A DNA stretch of 64,000 nt from an uncultured Lentisphaeraceae bacterium (GTDB taxonomy: Bacteria; Verrucomicrobiota; Kiritimatiellia; RFP12; UBA1067). The DNA lies in assembly GCA_964386385.1 (NCBI GenBank), contig CAYLRN010000001.1:172706-236705 (forward strand), in the 5' to 3' direction. Below, one piece after another: positions 42,287-51,949 of this stretch; the first letter of the stretch is position 1, and the number at the start of each line of letters is the position of its first letter. A program made the translations under genes and the position numbers. The notes under the pieces were generated by a model that saw nothing but the letters and a program-made list of their open reading frames with translations, searched no databases and was not told the DNA's origin.

Positions 42287-43351
42287 GTGAACAGTTCCGC
42301 ATCCGCTTCGAAGTCCGCCTACGCGGCCGCCGGCGTGAACATCGACAGCAAAATGGAGGCTCTCAAGGCGATTAAGACCATGGTTGGGACGACGAAGACG
42401 CCCAACGTCGTCGGGGGGATAGGGTCGTTTGGGGGGCTTTGCAAGCTGCCGTCCGGAAGCGGCAAGGACACGCTTCTGGTGGCCTCGTCCGACGGAGTTG
42501 GAACGAAGCTGAAGGTGGCCGTGATGATGAAGAAGCACGACACCGTGGGACAGGACATCGTGAACCACTGCGTGAACGACATTCTCGTGCAGGGCGCAAG
42601 GCCTCTCTTCTTCATGGACTACGTCGGCACGTCGAAGTTCGACGGGCCTGTCTTCAAGCAGATCGTCGCCGGCCTCTGCAAGGCCTGCAGAGAGAACAAC
42701 ATGGCGCTTCTCGGCGGCGAGACCGCCGAACTTCCGGGTCTCTACCCCGCGGGCGAATACGACCTCACGGGCACAATCGTCGGCACGGTCTCGAAGAAGG
42801 AAGTCATAACGGGCAAGTCCATCCGCGCCGGGGACGTCGTGATCGGACTTCCCTCCGGCGGCCTTCAGACGAACGGCTACTCCCTCGCCCGCCGCGTGTT
42901 CTTCGACATCTGCCAGATGTCGCCGCAGGACAAGCTTCCCGGCACGAACCAGACGGTCGGCAGCGCCCTTCTCGCCGTCCACAAGAGCTTCCTCAAGCCC
43001 GTCGCCAAGCTGCTCGACTCCAAGGTCAAGGTCAACGGCATGGCGCACATCACGGGCGGCGGCTTCCAGGACAACATTCCGCGCGTCCTCCCCGAATCGG
43101 TCGTCTGCGAGATCGACCGCACTTCCTGGACTGTCCCGACCGTCTTCAACTTCATCGAACGCCAGGGCAAGGTCGACCACGACGAGATGTACCGCGTCTT
43201 CAACATGGGCGTCGGCTTCGTAATCGTCCTGCCGGAAGACCAGCTGCCACGCGTCAAGACGCTCTTCCGCAACATGCGCCAGACGTGGAAGCTGATCGGC
43301 GCCATCCGCAAGCGCAAGGGCGACGAGCCGCAGGTCGCGTTCTCGAAGTAA
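42287..43351 (+). CDS. purM: Phosphoribosylformylglycinamidine cyclo-ligase (AIR synthetase)
   Basis: GIGSFGGLCKL...LVASSDGVGTKLKVA...GQDIVNHCVNDILVQGARPLFFMDY...GGETAELPG...HITGGGF. The start codon is GTG. Confidence 0.9.
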   Translation: MNSSASASKSAYAAAGVNIDSKMEALKAIKTMVGTTKTPNVVGGIGSFGGLCKLPSGSGKDTLLVASSDGVGTKLKVAVMMKKHDTVGQDIVNHCVNDILVQGARPLFFMDYVGTSKFDGPVFKQIVAGLCKACRENNMALLGGETAELPGLYPAGEYDLTGTIVGTVSKKEVITGKSIRAGDVVIGLPSGGLQTNGYSLARRVFFDICQMSPQDKLPGTNQTVGSALLAVHKSFLKPVAKLLDSKVKVNGMAHITGGGFQDNIPRVLPESVVCEIDRTSWTVPTVFNFIERQGKVDHDEMYRVFNMGVGFVIVLPEDQLPRVKTLFRNMRQTWKLIGAIRKRKGDEPQVAFSK

Positions 43352-43406
43352 AGGCCAGCCGCCTTGCGAACCCGCCTTGGCGCGGGCAGGTTGAAAATCC
43401 CTCTCT

Positions 43407-44525
43407 TCAGTCGCCCGGCTGGAGGGAGGGATTCACGTCTATGGCAAGCGCGGCGTCTCCGCAGACGTTCTGCCGGTAGAACGCAAGGCCGGCGATCATC
43501 GCGGCGTTGTCGCCGCAGTTCTTCGGAGCGGCGAGAAGAAGCGGAACGCGGGCGCTTTTGGCGACCTCCGCGAGGCGCGCGCGGAGGCGTCCGTTCAGGG
43601 AGACGCCGCCGCCGACGACGAGCGCCTTGCAGTCCCGACGGGCGAGCGCGGCCGCCGTCCTGTCCGCCAGCGTCCCGACAATCGCCTCCTGGTACGCCGC
43701 CACAAGCGCGGCCTTTTCCGCGTCGTTCGCGGGGGGAGTCTTCTTCACGTGGTAGAGAAGCGACGTCTTGAGGCCGGAGAACGAGACGCACAGGTCCGCG
43801 TCAAGGCCGGCGAGCGCGGCCGTGCCGGGGCGCGGACGCCCCTTCGGGAAGCGCGGCATTCCGTCGCGCAGGCGGATTCTTTCGGGATAGCGCAGGGCGG
43901 AAAGGGCCGCGGCGTCCGAATAGTCCGAAACGCCGTTCCAGAACCCCTTGGCCCAGCGGTCCACGACGGGGCCGCCCGGATAGCCCATACCAAGCAGTTT
44001 CGCGGCCTTGTCGAAAGCCTCTCCCGCCGCGTCGTCGAGGGTCTGGCCGATGACCACATAGCGTCCGTATTCGGGGACGTCGATCCAGGTGGTGTGTCCG
44101 CCGCTGACGACAAGCCCGAGTGCGGGCACGGTCTCCTCCGGCGCGATCCCGGGCGTCGCGCCCGAATCGTACAGGAAAGGCGTGTGGAGATGCGCCTCAA
44201 GGTGGTTTACGCCAATCAGGGGAACGCCCATGGACATTGCAAGTCCCTTCGCGGCGTTAAGGCCGACAAGCAGGGAACTGGCAAGTCCGGGGCCGTAAGT
44301 CACTGCGACGGCGTCTATGCCCCCCTTCCAGGCGGCCATCGCCTCGGAGACGACTTCGCCGATCTTCTCTATGTGCGCACGGCTCGCCACCTCCGGCACT
44401 ACGCCGCCGTACGGGCGGTGGAGGGGAATCTGCGTGTAGACCACGCTGCTGAGGACCTCGCGTCCGTCGCGCACGATGGCGCAGGCGGTCTCGTCGCAAC
44501 TGCTCTCTATTCCAAGAATCGTCAT
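43407..44525 (-). CDS. tsaD: tRNA N6-adenosine threonylcarbamoyltransferase
   Basis: MTILGIESSCDETACAIV...GGVVPEVASRAHIE...GPGLASSLLVG...NHLEAHL...VSGGHT. Confidence 0.9.
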   Translation of the reverse strand: MTILGIESSCDETACAIVRDGREVLSSVVYTQIPLHRPYGGVVPEVASRAHIEKIGEVVSEAMAAWKGGIDAVAVTYGPGLASSLLVGLNAAKGLAMSMGVPLIGVNHLEAHLHTPFLYDSGATPGIAPEETVPALGLVVSGGHTTWIDVPEYGRYVVIGQTLDDAAGEAFDKAAKLLGMGYPGGPVVDRWAKGFWNGVSDYSDAAALSALRYPERIRLRDGMPRFPKGRPRPGTAALAGLDADLCVSFSGLKTSLLYHVKKTPPANDAEKAALVAAYQEAIVGTLADRTAAALARRDCKALVVGGGVSLNGRLRARLAEVAKSARVPLLLAAPKNCGDNAAMIAGLAFYRQNVCGDAALAIDVNPSLQPGD

Positions 44526-44544
44526 TTCCGCTTCCTACGCTCCG

Positions 44545-45381
44545 CTACCAGAACTTCCACCACGCCTTGCGCACAGGCTCCACCCCGCCGGCCTCCTGGT
44601 ACAACTCCTTCGCCCGCTCCGCGCCCGCCATGTCCGGATCCACCAGCTGCTCGTGCTCGTGGAACTCGAACGCGGCGGGAATGCTCCAGAAGACCGTGCG
44701 CACGAACGCGCGCTGCGTCAGGCGGTGCAGCACGACGACCTCTCCGGACGGAAGTATGGAAATCTTCGGCCTCGTTATCCGCAGAAACGGGCCGAGGTCG
44801 GTCGTCTGCCAGCTGCGCGACGACGAACCCGCGTCGCGCGCCTTGAGAAACAGATGCTCCACGCGGCCGCGTCCCCAGTGGCAGAGCTCGAACTCCCGCT
44901 TAAGTCCGTCATGCCCCTCGAACATCTGCAATGCCCCGCCGAGGCGAAGGCCGGGGACGACGGTGAACGACTTGAGGGAGCTCTCGTAGCGCATTCCGGC
45001 GTGGACGAGGACGGCGCGCGCAAGGTAGCGCGTCGTCTCGCCAAGCGGGAAATGGTCGGCGAAGAAGGTCTCCAGCTTCTGCCCTTCGCCGGACAGAAGC
45101 GCGAACGGCGCCACGAAGGTCCTGTCGCCGCTTTCATAGCGATGGCGGTCGTGCGCGCGCCAGAGTTCAAGCACGACCCTGTCGGGAGAATCGGGCCTGC
45201 GCGCGTCTATGACGTCGGCCGACGCGTTCGCGACGTCCACGATGGCGCGGATGCGTTCGCCGACGACGAACTCCTGCTCGTCGAACTTAAGCTGCACGGT
45301 GATTTCCGTCAGCGGCGGCGCGGCGAAGCAGCGCACGGCCATTGCGGCCAGCGTGAAAAGTGCAAGTGCATTCATCTTCAT
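44545..45381 (-). CDS. Secreted hypothetical protein
   Basis: Signal peptide MKMNALALFTLAAMAVRCFAAP. The composition is normal and I recognise no family. The start overlaps the stop of the upstream MBL gene (45378-45381). Confidence 0.6.
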   Translation of the reverse strand: MKMNALALFTLAAMAVRCFAAPPLTEITVQLKFDEQEFVVGERIRAIVDVANASADVIDARRPDSPDRVVLELWRAHDRHRYESGDRTFVAPFALLSGEGQKLETFFADHFPLGETTRYLARAVLVHAGMRYESSLKSFTVVPGLRLGGALQMFEGHDGLKREFELCHWGRGRVEHLFLKARDAGSSSRSWQTTDLGPFLRITRPKISILPSGEVVVLHRLTQRAFVRTVFWSIPAAFEFHEHEQLVDPDMAGAERAKELYQEAGGVEPVRKAWWKFW

Positions 45382-46184
45382 GACTGCGTTCCTTTCTGCG
45401 CATTTCCAAGGCGAATCTCAAGGCCGTCGTATGCCAGTCTCACGTGCCTTGGCAGTTTCTTCGAGAACTCCGCATGGACGACGTCGTGGCACATGTGCGT
45501 CAGGTACGTCCTGCGCGGCTTCAGCTGCGCGATTTCCTCCAGCGCCCGTTCAAGGTTCATGTGGGTGGGATGCTCGCGTTCGCGAAGGCAGTCCAGAACG
45601 AGAACGTCGAGGTCGCGCATCTTCGTCTTCGTGGAGGGCGGAATCTCCGCGCAGTCCGGCATGTAGACAAGACGGCTGCCGGATTCCTCTATCAGGTATC
45701 CGTTCGTCCTGGGGCCGTGGACGACGGGAAGCGGAGTGAGAACCGCAGAGCCGATCTGGAATCTGCCGGAGACCGGTGTGAAGCGTATCATAGGACGATA
45801 CAGCCCAAGCGGATTCGGCTTGTCCGTTATGTACGGGAATATGCGGCGAACGTCCATGAGCGTCTCGTCCGCCGCATAGCACGGCATGACGGCATGGCCG
45901 TTCAGGGTGTTGAAGCGGCGGACGTCGTCGAACCCGGCGAGATGGTCCATGTGGGCGTGCGTCAGGACTACGGCGTCCACCTTCCTCACGCCGCACTCGA
46001 TGCAGGCGATGCGGAACTCCGGCGGCGTGTCGATGACGAACGCCGCAGAGCCGGCGCGGACGTAGACGCCGGAACGGCGGCGTCTGTCACGCGGGTCCTG
46101 CGACGCGCACGCGGGGCAGCGGCAGCCGATCTGCGGGATTCCGACCGACGTGCCGGTGCCAAGGAATTTCAATCGAAGAGACAA
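45378..46184 (-). CDS. MBL-fold metallo-hydrolase (PhnP-like)
   Basis: LKFLGTGTSVGIPQIGCRCPAC...VVLTHAHMDHLAGFDDVR carries the HxHxDH motif. Confidence 0.8.
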   Translation of the reverse strand: MSLRLKFLGTGTSVGIPQIGCRCPACASQDPRDRRRRSGVYVRAGSAAFVIDTPPEFRIACIECGVRKVDAVVLTHAHMDHLAGFDDVRRFNTLNGHAVMPCYAADETLMDVRRIFPYITDKPNPLGLYRPMIRFTPVSGRFQIGSAVLTPLPVVHGPRTNGYLIEESGSRLVYMPDCAEIPPSTKTKMRDLDVLVLDCLREREHPTHMNLERALEEIAQLKPRRTYLTHMCHDVVHAEFSKKLPRHVRLAYDGLEIRLGNAQKGTQS

Positions 46185-46215
46185 CTCAAGTCCAATCGTC
46201 CCCTTCAGGGCGGCT

Positions 46216-47085
46216 TTACAAGTCCTTGTAGAGCGTGAATGCGTCCTTCGCCGTCATGTTCTCGTGGACGACGGCGGAAATCGCCTTCATCATCGCAAGG
46301 GGCTTCTCGCTCTGGAACACGTTGCGCCCCATGTCCACGCCAGCGGCGCCGGCCTGAATTGCACGGTAGGCGAGTTCAAGGGCCTGCTCTTCGGGGAGCT
46401 TCTTTCCGCCGGCGATCACGATCGGCACGGGGCACTGCGCGACGACGGTCTCGAAGCCCTCCTCCGTGTAGTACGTCTTGACGAAAGCCGCGCCGTTCTC
46501 GGCGCAGACGCGCGTGGCGAGGCGGAAGTAGCGCGCGTCGCGCGCCATGTCCTTGCCGACGGCAGTCACGCCGAGGACGGGGATGCCGTACTTTTCGCCG
46601 ACGTCCACGGCATGGACGAGATTCTGCGTGGTGACCTGCTCGCTTGCCTTGTCGCCGCAGGCGACCATGACGGCCATCGCGCTTGCGTTGAGGCGGACGA
46701 CGTCCTCCGGGTCGTAGACGCGGTTGAGGTTGAGCTCGGTGAGAATCGTCGTGCCGCCGTCGGCGCGGAGGCAGATCGGCTTGCTCGTCGCGGCGGGGAC
46801 GACCGAGCGGAGCATTCCGCGGGTGCACATCAGGCAGTCGGCGTACTCGATGAGGGGGTTTATCGTCAGGTCCACGCGCTCAAGCCCGCTCGTGGGGCCC
46901 ATGATGAATCCGTGGTCGCACGCCAGCATGACCGTGCGCCCCGTCTTCGGGTTGAAGATGCGGGCGAGGCGGTTCTTCACGCCCCAGCCGCGGTTCTCCG
47001 CGCCCTTCAGGAAAAACAGCTCGTTCGTCTGCGGCCTGTCGAAACCATACGCCGCCGCTTCCTTGAAACCTTCCATGTCAGCCAT
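46216..47085 (-). CDS. lsrF: LsrF-like class I aldolase/thiolase (DhnA/FbaB family)
   Basis: Collinear by eye with E. coli LsrF along the whole length: RLARIFNPKTGRTVMLACDHGF..GPTSGLERVD, LMCTRGMLRSVVP, GVTAVGKDMARDARYFRLATR, KTYYTEEGFETVVAQCPVPIVIAGGKKLPE and GVDMGRNVFQS. The actual substrate is not established. Confidence 0.8.
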   Translation of the reverse strand: MADMEGFKEAAAYGFDRPQTNELFFLKGAENRGWGVKNRLARIFNPKTGRTVMLACDHGFIMGPTSGLERVDLTINPLIEYADCLMCTRGMLRSVVPAATSKPICLRADGGTTILTELNLNRVYDPEDVVRLNASAMAVMVACGDKASEQVTTQNLVHAVDVGEKYGIPVLGVTAVGKDMARDARYFRLATRVCAENGAAFVKTYYTEEGFETVVAQCPVPIVIAGGKKLPEEQALELAYRAIQAGAAGVDMGRNVFQSEKPLAMMKAISAVVHENMTAKDAFTLYKDL

Positions 47086-47127
47086 TTCAACGCTCCTTGC
47101 TTCTTGTCAAATCTCCTGCCGGACCGC

Positions 47128-47736
47128 TCACCAGCACTTGGCAAAGCACTCCCACATGTCGGCGTGGGACGCGGCGCCGGCGTCGATCGTGCCGATGGAA
47201 CGCTCGCCTAGGTTCTTCGCGCGTCCGAACTTGGCCCGCATCTGCGCCGTCGCCTCGCATCCCGCCCTGGCGGCCTTGGCGGCCGCGTTGACCATGGACG
47301 AGATTCCGAGCCTGGCATTGGCCTTCAGCGCCTCGACCGCGGGGATGAGCGCGTCCATGAAGGTCTTGTCGCCGACTCTCGCGTCCGTCGCAAGGTAGAG
47401 CTCCTCAAGTCCGGCGGCAAAGACGTCCGCAAGCCCCTGGGAGTTCAGGTCCGTGACGCCAGAGGCGGTAAAATCGCGCATGCCCTCGAAGAACGCGGCG
47501 TAGAGCGAACTCGTCGACCCGCTCACGTTCTTCTCAAGGAGGACCGCAATGTCGAGGAAGAGATACTTGAACTCCGGGTTGGAGGCGGATGCAATCGTCT
47601 TCAGGGCGGCGACGATGGCCTCGCCATGGTCGCCGTCGCCGCCGGCCGCCGCGTCAAGCGCGGAATACTCCTTTTCGCGGGCGGCAAGCGTTTCCGCCGC
47701 CAGCTTCCAGGCCTGCATGAATCTCTCGGTTGTCAT
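47128..47736 (-). CDS. dhaL: DAK2-domain protein (dihydroxyacetone kinase subunit L-like)
   Basis: LDAAAGGDGDHGEAIV...GSTSSLYAAFF...GDKTFMDALIPAVEAL fits the DhaL/DAK2 pattern. No DhaK or DhaM is present in the window. Confidence 0.75.
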   Translation of the reverse strand: MTTERFMQAWKLAAETLAAREKEYSALDAAAGGDGDHGEAIVAALKTIASASNPEFKYLFLDIAVLLEKNVSGSTSSLYAAFFEGMRDFTASGVTDLNSQGLADVFAAGLEELYLATDARVGDKTFMDALIPAVEALKANARLGISSMVNAAAKAARAGCEATAQMRAKFGRAKNLGERSIGTIDAGAASHADMWECFAKCW

Positions 47737-47833
47737 TTTGCGCTCCTTGCGTCAAACTCGTTGAAGATGGACGTGATTGTAGCACAGACGGCGGCCGACG
47801 TCCAGCGGCCGCGCCCGCAGCAGCCCGGCTCGA

Positions 47834-48787
47834 TCAGGTGAAGAAGACCTCTTCGCCGTGGAACATGAAGTTCCCGCCGACGACGTACTCCATCGCCGTC
47901 GGGGAGAACCGGTCCTGAACGGTGATGTGGAGGTGTCCGGCGAGGATTGCCTTGAGCAGCGGCTGCTTCCTGAGCGCGGCGATGAAGTCGCGCGTGACGG
48001 GGTCGTCGTGCTGCTTCTTGCAGTCGCCGCGGAAATCCGGGAGCGGGCCGCCGGCGAACTTCCTGTCGGACTTCCAGAACTTGTCGTTCGCGCGCCAGAT
48101 GGAGTCCGTGTAGAACGGCACATGCTGGCAGAGGACGATTGGCAGCCCCTTCTTCACCTCGCCGTTGAACAGTTCGACCTGGGTCGGCGTGACGTAGCCG
48201 TAGACGGAATCCATGGAGACGAAGTTGACGCCGTTGACGACCTGGGACGCGAAGTGGATGCCGAACGGATACGCCTTCTGGATGCGCTCGGCGGTTGCGG
48301 CCTTGTTGGCCTCCGTGGGCGTCTCCTTGTCAAGCCACATCGACTGCGAGTACTCGTGGTTGCCCATCGAGCCGAACATCGCCCCGCCGAAGTACTTCTT
48401 CACGAGGTCGAAGTTCTTCTCGCTCTGCCAGTCGATCATGTCGCCGGTATGGATGACGTAGTCGACGTTCTTCTTCGCCCATTCGAGCGAATCGCGAAGA
48501 GCCTCCTCCTGGCGGCCGCCGAACGTCTTCGTGCGGATTTCCTTCAGCTTCTGCTTCTTCCCGCCCTCGTTTGGATAGGCGTCGGTGAGATGCGTGTCGG
48601 AGATGTGGAGGACGGAAAAGGGCTTCTTCAGTCCGACGTGGACGTGGTTGTAGGCGAGGACGAGGCGCTCGAAGCGTCCGCGGGCCGGGAAGACAGCAGG
48701 GTTGTCGGCGAACGACGGAAGGGCCGCCGCAGCGGCAAGTCCGCCGAGGGAGGCGAGGAAAGTTCTTCTGTCTACGTTTGCGCTCAT
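47834..48787 (-). CDS. Tat-exported metallophosphoesterase
   Basis: Tat leader MSANVDRRTFLASLGGLAAAAALPSFA. Calcineurin-like motifs: HISDTHL, HTGDMID, GNHE. Confidence 0.8.
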   Translation of the reverse strand: MSANVDRRTFLASLGGLAAAAALPSFADNPAVFPARGRFERLVLAYNHVHVGLKKPFSVLHISDTHLTDAYPNEGGKKQKLKEIRTKTFGGRQEEALRDSLEWAKKNVDYVIHTGDMIDWQSEKNFDLVKKYFGGAMFGSMGNHEYSQSMWLDKETPTEANKAATAERIQKAYPFGIHFASQVVNGVNFVSMDSVYGYVTPTQVELFNGEVKKGLPIVLCQHVPFYTDSIWRANDKFWKSDRKFAGGPLPDFRGDCKKQHDDPVTRDFIAALRKQPLLKAILAGHLHITVQDRFSPTAMEYVVGGNFMFHGEEVFFT

Positions 48788-48871
48788 GATGGTTTCTCCT
48801 TCTTCTGTTGAATCATCTGACGGCGTTTCCGCCGAGATTGCCTCCGTTGGCGGCGTCCGCCTCCGAGCGGG

Positions 48872-49738
48872 CTATGCGCCGCCGCATTCGCCTGAAAGCG
48901 TCGCGATCGTCCACGTGCGCCCGCACATGTGGCACGTGACGTCGAGCGTCTGCGGAAGCCGGTCCCGCTCTTCCGGCGGGAGGGCCGCGATGACGTCCTT
49001 GGCGCGTTCCGGGCTGCAGCGGCAGGCGAACGAAAGCGGCGTCGTTTCGCGAACCTCCGCGCGCGGGAGGCCGATCTTCTTCAGGATTGTCCTGACGGAC
49101 GCCGATGCGCCCGCGATCGCCTTCTGCGCCTCGCCTGACGCGAAGAGCTCCGCCACGCGGGCGAACGCCGCAGCGTCTCCGTCTGGAGGGCACTCCGCCT
49201 GGACGCCGCGCGCGAAGACGGGCGCGCCGTCGTCGCCCGCCACGCCGGCCACGGCGTTGACGACGCGCCGCTGCATGGAATTGGCGTAGTACTCGTCCAG
49301 TCCATGCGCCACGGCGCCGGTCTTTCCGATGGCGGTGGCAACGGTGCCGGAGGAAAGGAGTTCGCCCGGCACGGAACGGATGACCTGGAACGTCGCGGAC
49401 TCGCCGAAGATGGCGGAATCGGCGAAACGGCCCAGTCCGTCGAAGTCGTCAAGGACCTTCCTGTTGGTGTACCCGCGCAGCGTGCCGGAATTCGTGGCCT
49501 CAACGAGAAAGCCGCCGATGGGGCCTGGGCATGACATCTTCAGCGTGACCGTCTCGTCCGCGCGCGAGCATTCCGCGCCGAGGAGCGAGACGGCGGCAAG
49601 CGCCCGGGCCAGGCACGTGGAGGCCGCAGGGCCGGAAAGGTGTCCGCGCGCAAGCGCGACGGCGGCCGAAGTGCAGTCGACCGCGACGACCGCGATTCGC
49701 GACGCGGGGTCGTAGATTCTGATTGTCTCGTCCATCAT
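48872..49738 (-). CDS. hslO: Redox-regulated chaperone Hsp33
   Basis: The C-terminal zinc centre is FACRCSPER...VTCHMCGR (CxC...CxxC). The N-terminal Hsp33 fold is collinear. The ATG overlaps the upstream stop (ATGA at 49735-49738). Confidence 0.85.
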   Translation of the reverse strand: MMDETIRIYDPASRIAVVAVDCTSAAVALARGHLSGPAASTCLARALAAVSLLGAECSRADETVTLKMSCPGPIGGFLVEATNSGTLRGYTNRKVLDDFDGLGRFADSAIFGESATFQVIRSVPGELLSSGTVATAIGKTGAVAHGLDEYYANSMQRRVVNAVAGVAGDDGAPVFARGVQAECPPDGDAAAFARVAELFASGEAQKAIAGASASVRTILKKIGLPRAEVRETTPLSFACRCSPERAKDVIAALPPEERDRLPQTLDVTCHMCGRTWTIATLSGECGGA

Positions 49739-51945
49739 TCTCCTTCACCCTCCTCTTCGATGAAGCGCACGGTGGCGTCCTCAAGCGCGCTCATCACGTT
49801 CGCCGCGTTCTCGTCCTCCAGTTCGCGGATGTCGTCGAAGCGGAACCCGCCGTCCGGATGCAGGACGAAGCCCATGAACGCCTGCCGGAACGAATCGAGG
49901 CGCCTGGCCTGGCGTTCAAGCGCCCAGAGGGCGAAGCGCCACTTCGGCAGGAATCCGAAGCGCGTGGGAAGGCCGGGGTCGAACGACTCGAAGCTGTCGC
50001 GCCGCACGGTGAACTGCCATTCCATCGCGCGCGTCCGGAAGGCGAAGCCGGCGAAGAAGCGCTCGGCGAGTTCCACGACCGGGACGCACGGATGGGCCGC
50101 CGCGTATTCCGCGAGATGGCGCGCGTACGTGCCGACGTAGAAGTCGCGTATCGCGGAGAGGTTGCGCTCGGTCAGCGAGACGTCAGGCCATCCGAGCGTT
50201 CCGCGTATGGAGCAGCAGGCGACGCCCTGCGGCATGGGGCGGCCCGCGTTCACGTCGTAGTCGAAGCGGTATATCTCCTTGCCGACGCCGTAGATGGGGG
50301 TCTTCGTGGCGGCGTCGAACTTCTTCATCGCCATGTTCTGCGCGGCCGCGTCGCCCATCACGAACGCCAGGGCGAGGACGACCTGCGGGTCCTCGCCCGC
50401 GTCGGCGCCGCCGAACTCGCCGGCCACCTGGAAGTACGTCGCAGGGAGGTCGACGAGCGGCTCTCCCTCGCAGCGCGTCCGGACGATGTAGTCGTACATT
50501 CGTCTGGCGCCGTTTTCGCGGCGGCGCAGGAGACGGTATTCAGGCAGCGAGACGCCGAGCGCCTTGAACGCCTGGGCGCGGGAGACGACGTAGCTTCCGT
50601 AGCCGGTGCCGGTGTGGGAGAGGCGCTTCTCGACCATTGACGCGACGAGCGGTCGCTGGTTCGTCTTGTAGACAATCTCCCGCGTCTTGCCCATGCCGAT
50701 CCGGCGCGTCTCGTCCTCTGCGTCCGCGTCGTCCGTGCGCAGCTCGTAGACGTTGGCGTACTCCACCTGCTCGTCCTCGCTCATTAGGCCGCGTATGTTG
50801 GCGAGAAGCGTCTCCGTCCGCGCGTCCGCGCCGGGGTGGAACGCCGGACGCCCGTCAGAAAAGGTCGCGCCCGGCAGGGCCGTCCGGCGGTCGTCGAACG
50901 CGGGAGTTGCGCCTTCGCCCATGCCGGAGTAGATCTCGCCGGTGAGGTGCATGTAGAGGATTTCGACGAAGTCCTTCGATGCGTCATCGGCCAGTTCCGC
51001 CCGCGTGAGGAGAGACTTGCAAAGGGCGTCAAGCTCGTCTATCTTGGCGGCGGCCTCGTCCTGCGATATCCGCCCAAGCGCGATTCGCGCCATGAGCGTC
51101 TCCAGTTCCGGGATCAGACGCTCGTGGGCCGCGCCGCGCAGCATTCCGAAGAACTCGACCTCGTGGTGTCCGAAGCACTTCGGCTGGCGCAGGAAGGAAG
51201 TGGAATGACCCTCGAAGACGGCGGTGAGCTCATGGAGCGCGGCGCAGAACGCGGAGTAGTCCGAACGCGCCCATCCGGCGAAGTCGTGGAAGTCGGGATA
51301 GGAGAGGAAATGGACGCCACGCGCGGCATGGTAGTACAGGAGGCGGGTTGAAATGCGCTTCCGGCTTGCGGCGATGGCGACGGACATTTCGCGCGCGGTC
51401 CAGACGAGCGGCTTGACGCGCCACTCCTGGCCCAGGGCGCGGTAATGCTCGAGCGTCTGCACGTTGCGGTCCGCCATCAGCACGTTCTCCATCGAGAAGC
51501 GGAGAGTCTGGACGAGCCAGGCGTCGAGCCGCACAAGGCGGCGGCAGGGGACCTCCCGCTGGGAGATCTCCAGCTTCCCGTCGACGACGTTGGCGCAGAG
51601 GACGTCGTACGTCATCACGTCGCCGCGCTTTTGCGGCGAAAGGCGGCAGAGGTCCCAGAAGTGTCCCTGCAGAAGCGGCAGCGCGGCGACGGAGTGGTTG
51701 CCGGTGGTGACGGTCATTACGTGTCCGCGAGCGCCGTGGACGAGCTTCGCCTTCTCGACGAGCAGGACGGACGCATGGGCGTCGAGGTCCGTCCAAACGC
51801 CGTTTTCGAAGACGAACGTGTCGTCGCCGAGGTCGTATCCGGTGAAACGCCTCGTCCGCCCCATCGCGCGCGTGACGACGCATGTGGCGCGTCGTTCGGC
51901 ATCGCGGCGGATGCGGGAGAGGAGGTGTTTCACGGACGACTTCAC
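49735..51945 (-). CDS. Conserved-looking hypothetical protein (736 aa) with possible AceK-like/atypical kinase motifs in the C-terminal half
   Basis: The composition is normal throughout. By-eye similarities to AceK: GMGKTREIVYKT (compare GIRGMVMLVF..VFKVIKD), YIVRTRCEGEPLVDL (compare YIERRMVPLNIWL) and MGDAAAQNMAMKKFD...GKEIYRFDYD (compare PGDMLFKNFGV..GRVVFYDYDE). The functional call is tentative. Confidence 0.55.
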   Translation of the reverse strand: MKSSVKHLLSRIRRDAERRATCVVTRAMGRTRRFTGYDLGDDTFVFENGVWTDLDAHASVLLVEKAKLVHGARGHVMTVTTGNHSVAALPLLQGHFWDLCRLSPQKRGDVMTYDVLCANVVDGKLEISQREVPCRRLVRLDAWLVQTLRFSMENVLMADRNVQTLEHYRALGQEWRVKPLVWTAREMSVAIAASRKRISTRLLYYHAARGVHFLSYPDFHDFAGWARSDYSAFCAALHELTAVFEGHSTSFLRQPKCFGHHEVEFFGMLRGAAHERLIPELETLMARIALGRISQDEAAAKIDELDALCKSLLTRAELADDASKDFVEILYMHLTGEIYSGMGEGATPAFDDRRTALPGATFSDGRPAFHPGADARTETLLANIRGLMSEDEQVEYANVYELRTDDADAEDETRRIGMGKTREIVYKTNQRPLVASMVEKRLSHTGTGYGSYVVSRAQAFKALGVSLPEYRLLRRRENGARRMYDYIVRTRCEGEPLVDLPATYFQVAGEFGGADAGEDPQVVLALAFVMGDAAAQNMAMKKFDAATKTPIYGVGKEIYRFDYDVNAGRPMPQGVACCSIRGTLGWPDVSLTERNLSAIRDFYVGTYARHLAEYAAAHPCVPVVELAERFFAGFAFRTRAMEWQFTVRRDSFESFDPGLPTRFGFLPKWRFALWALERQARRLDSFRQAFMGFVLHPDGGFRFDDIRELEDENAANVMSALEDATVRFIEEEGEGE

Positions 51946-51949
51946 GGAA

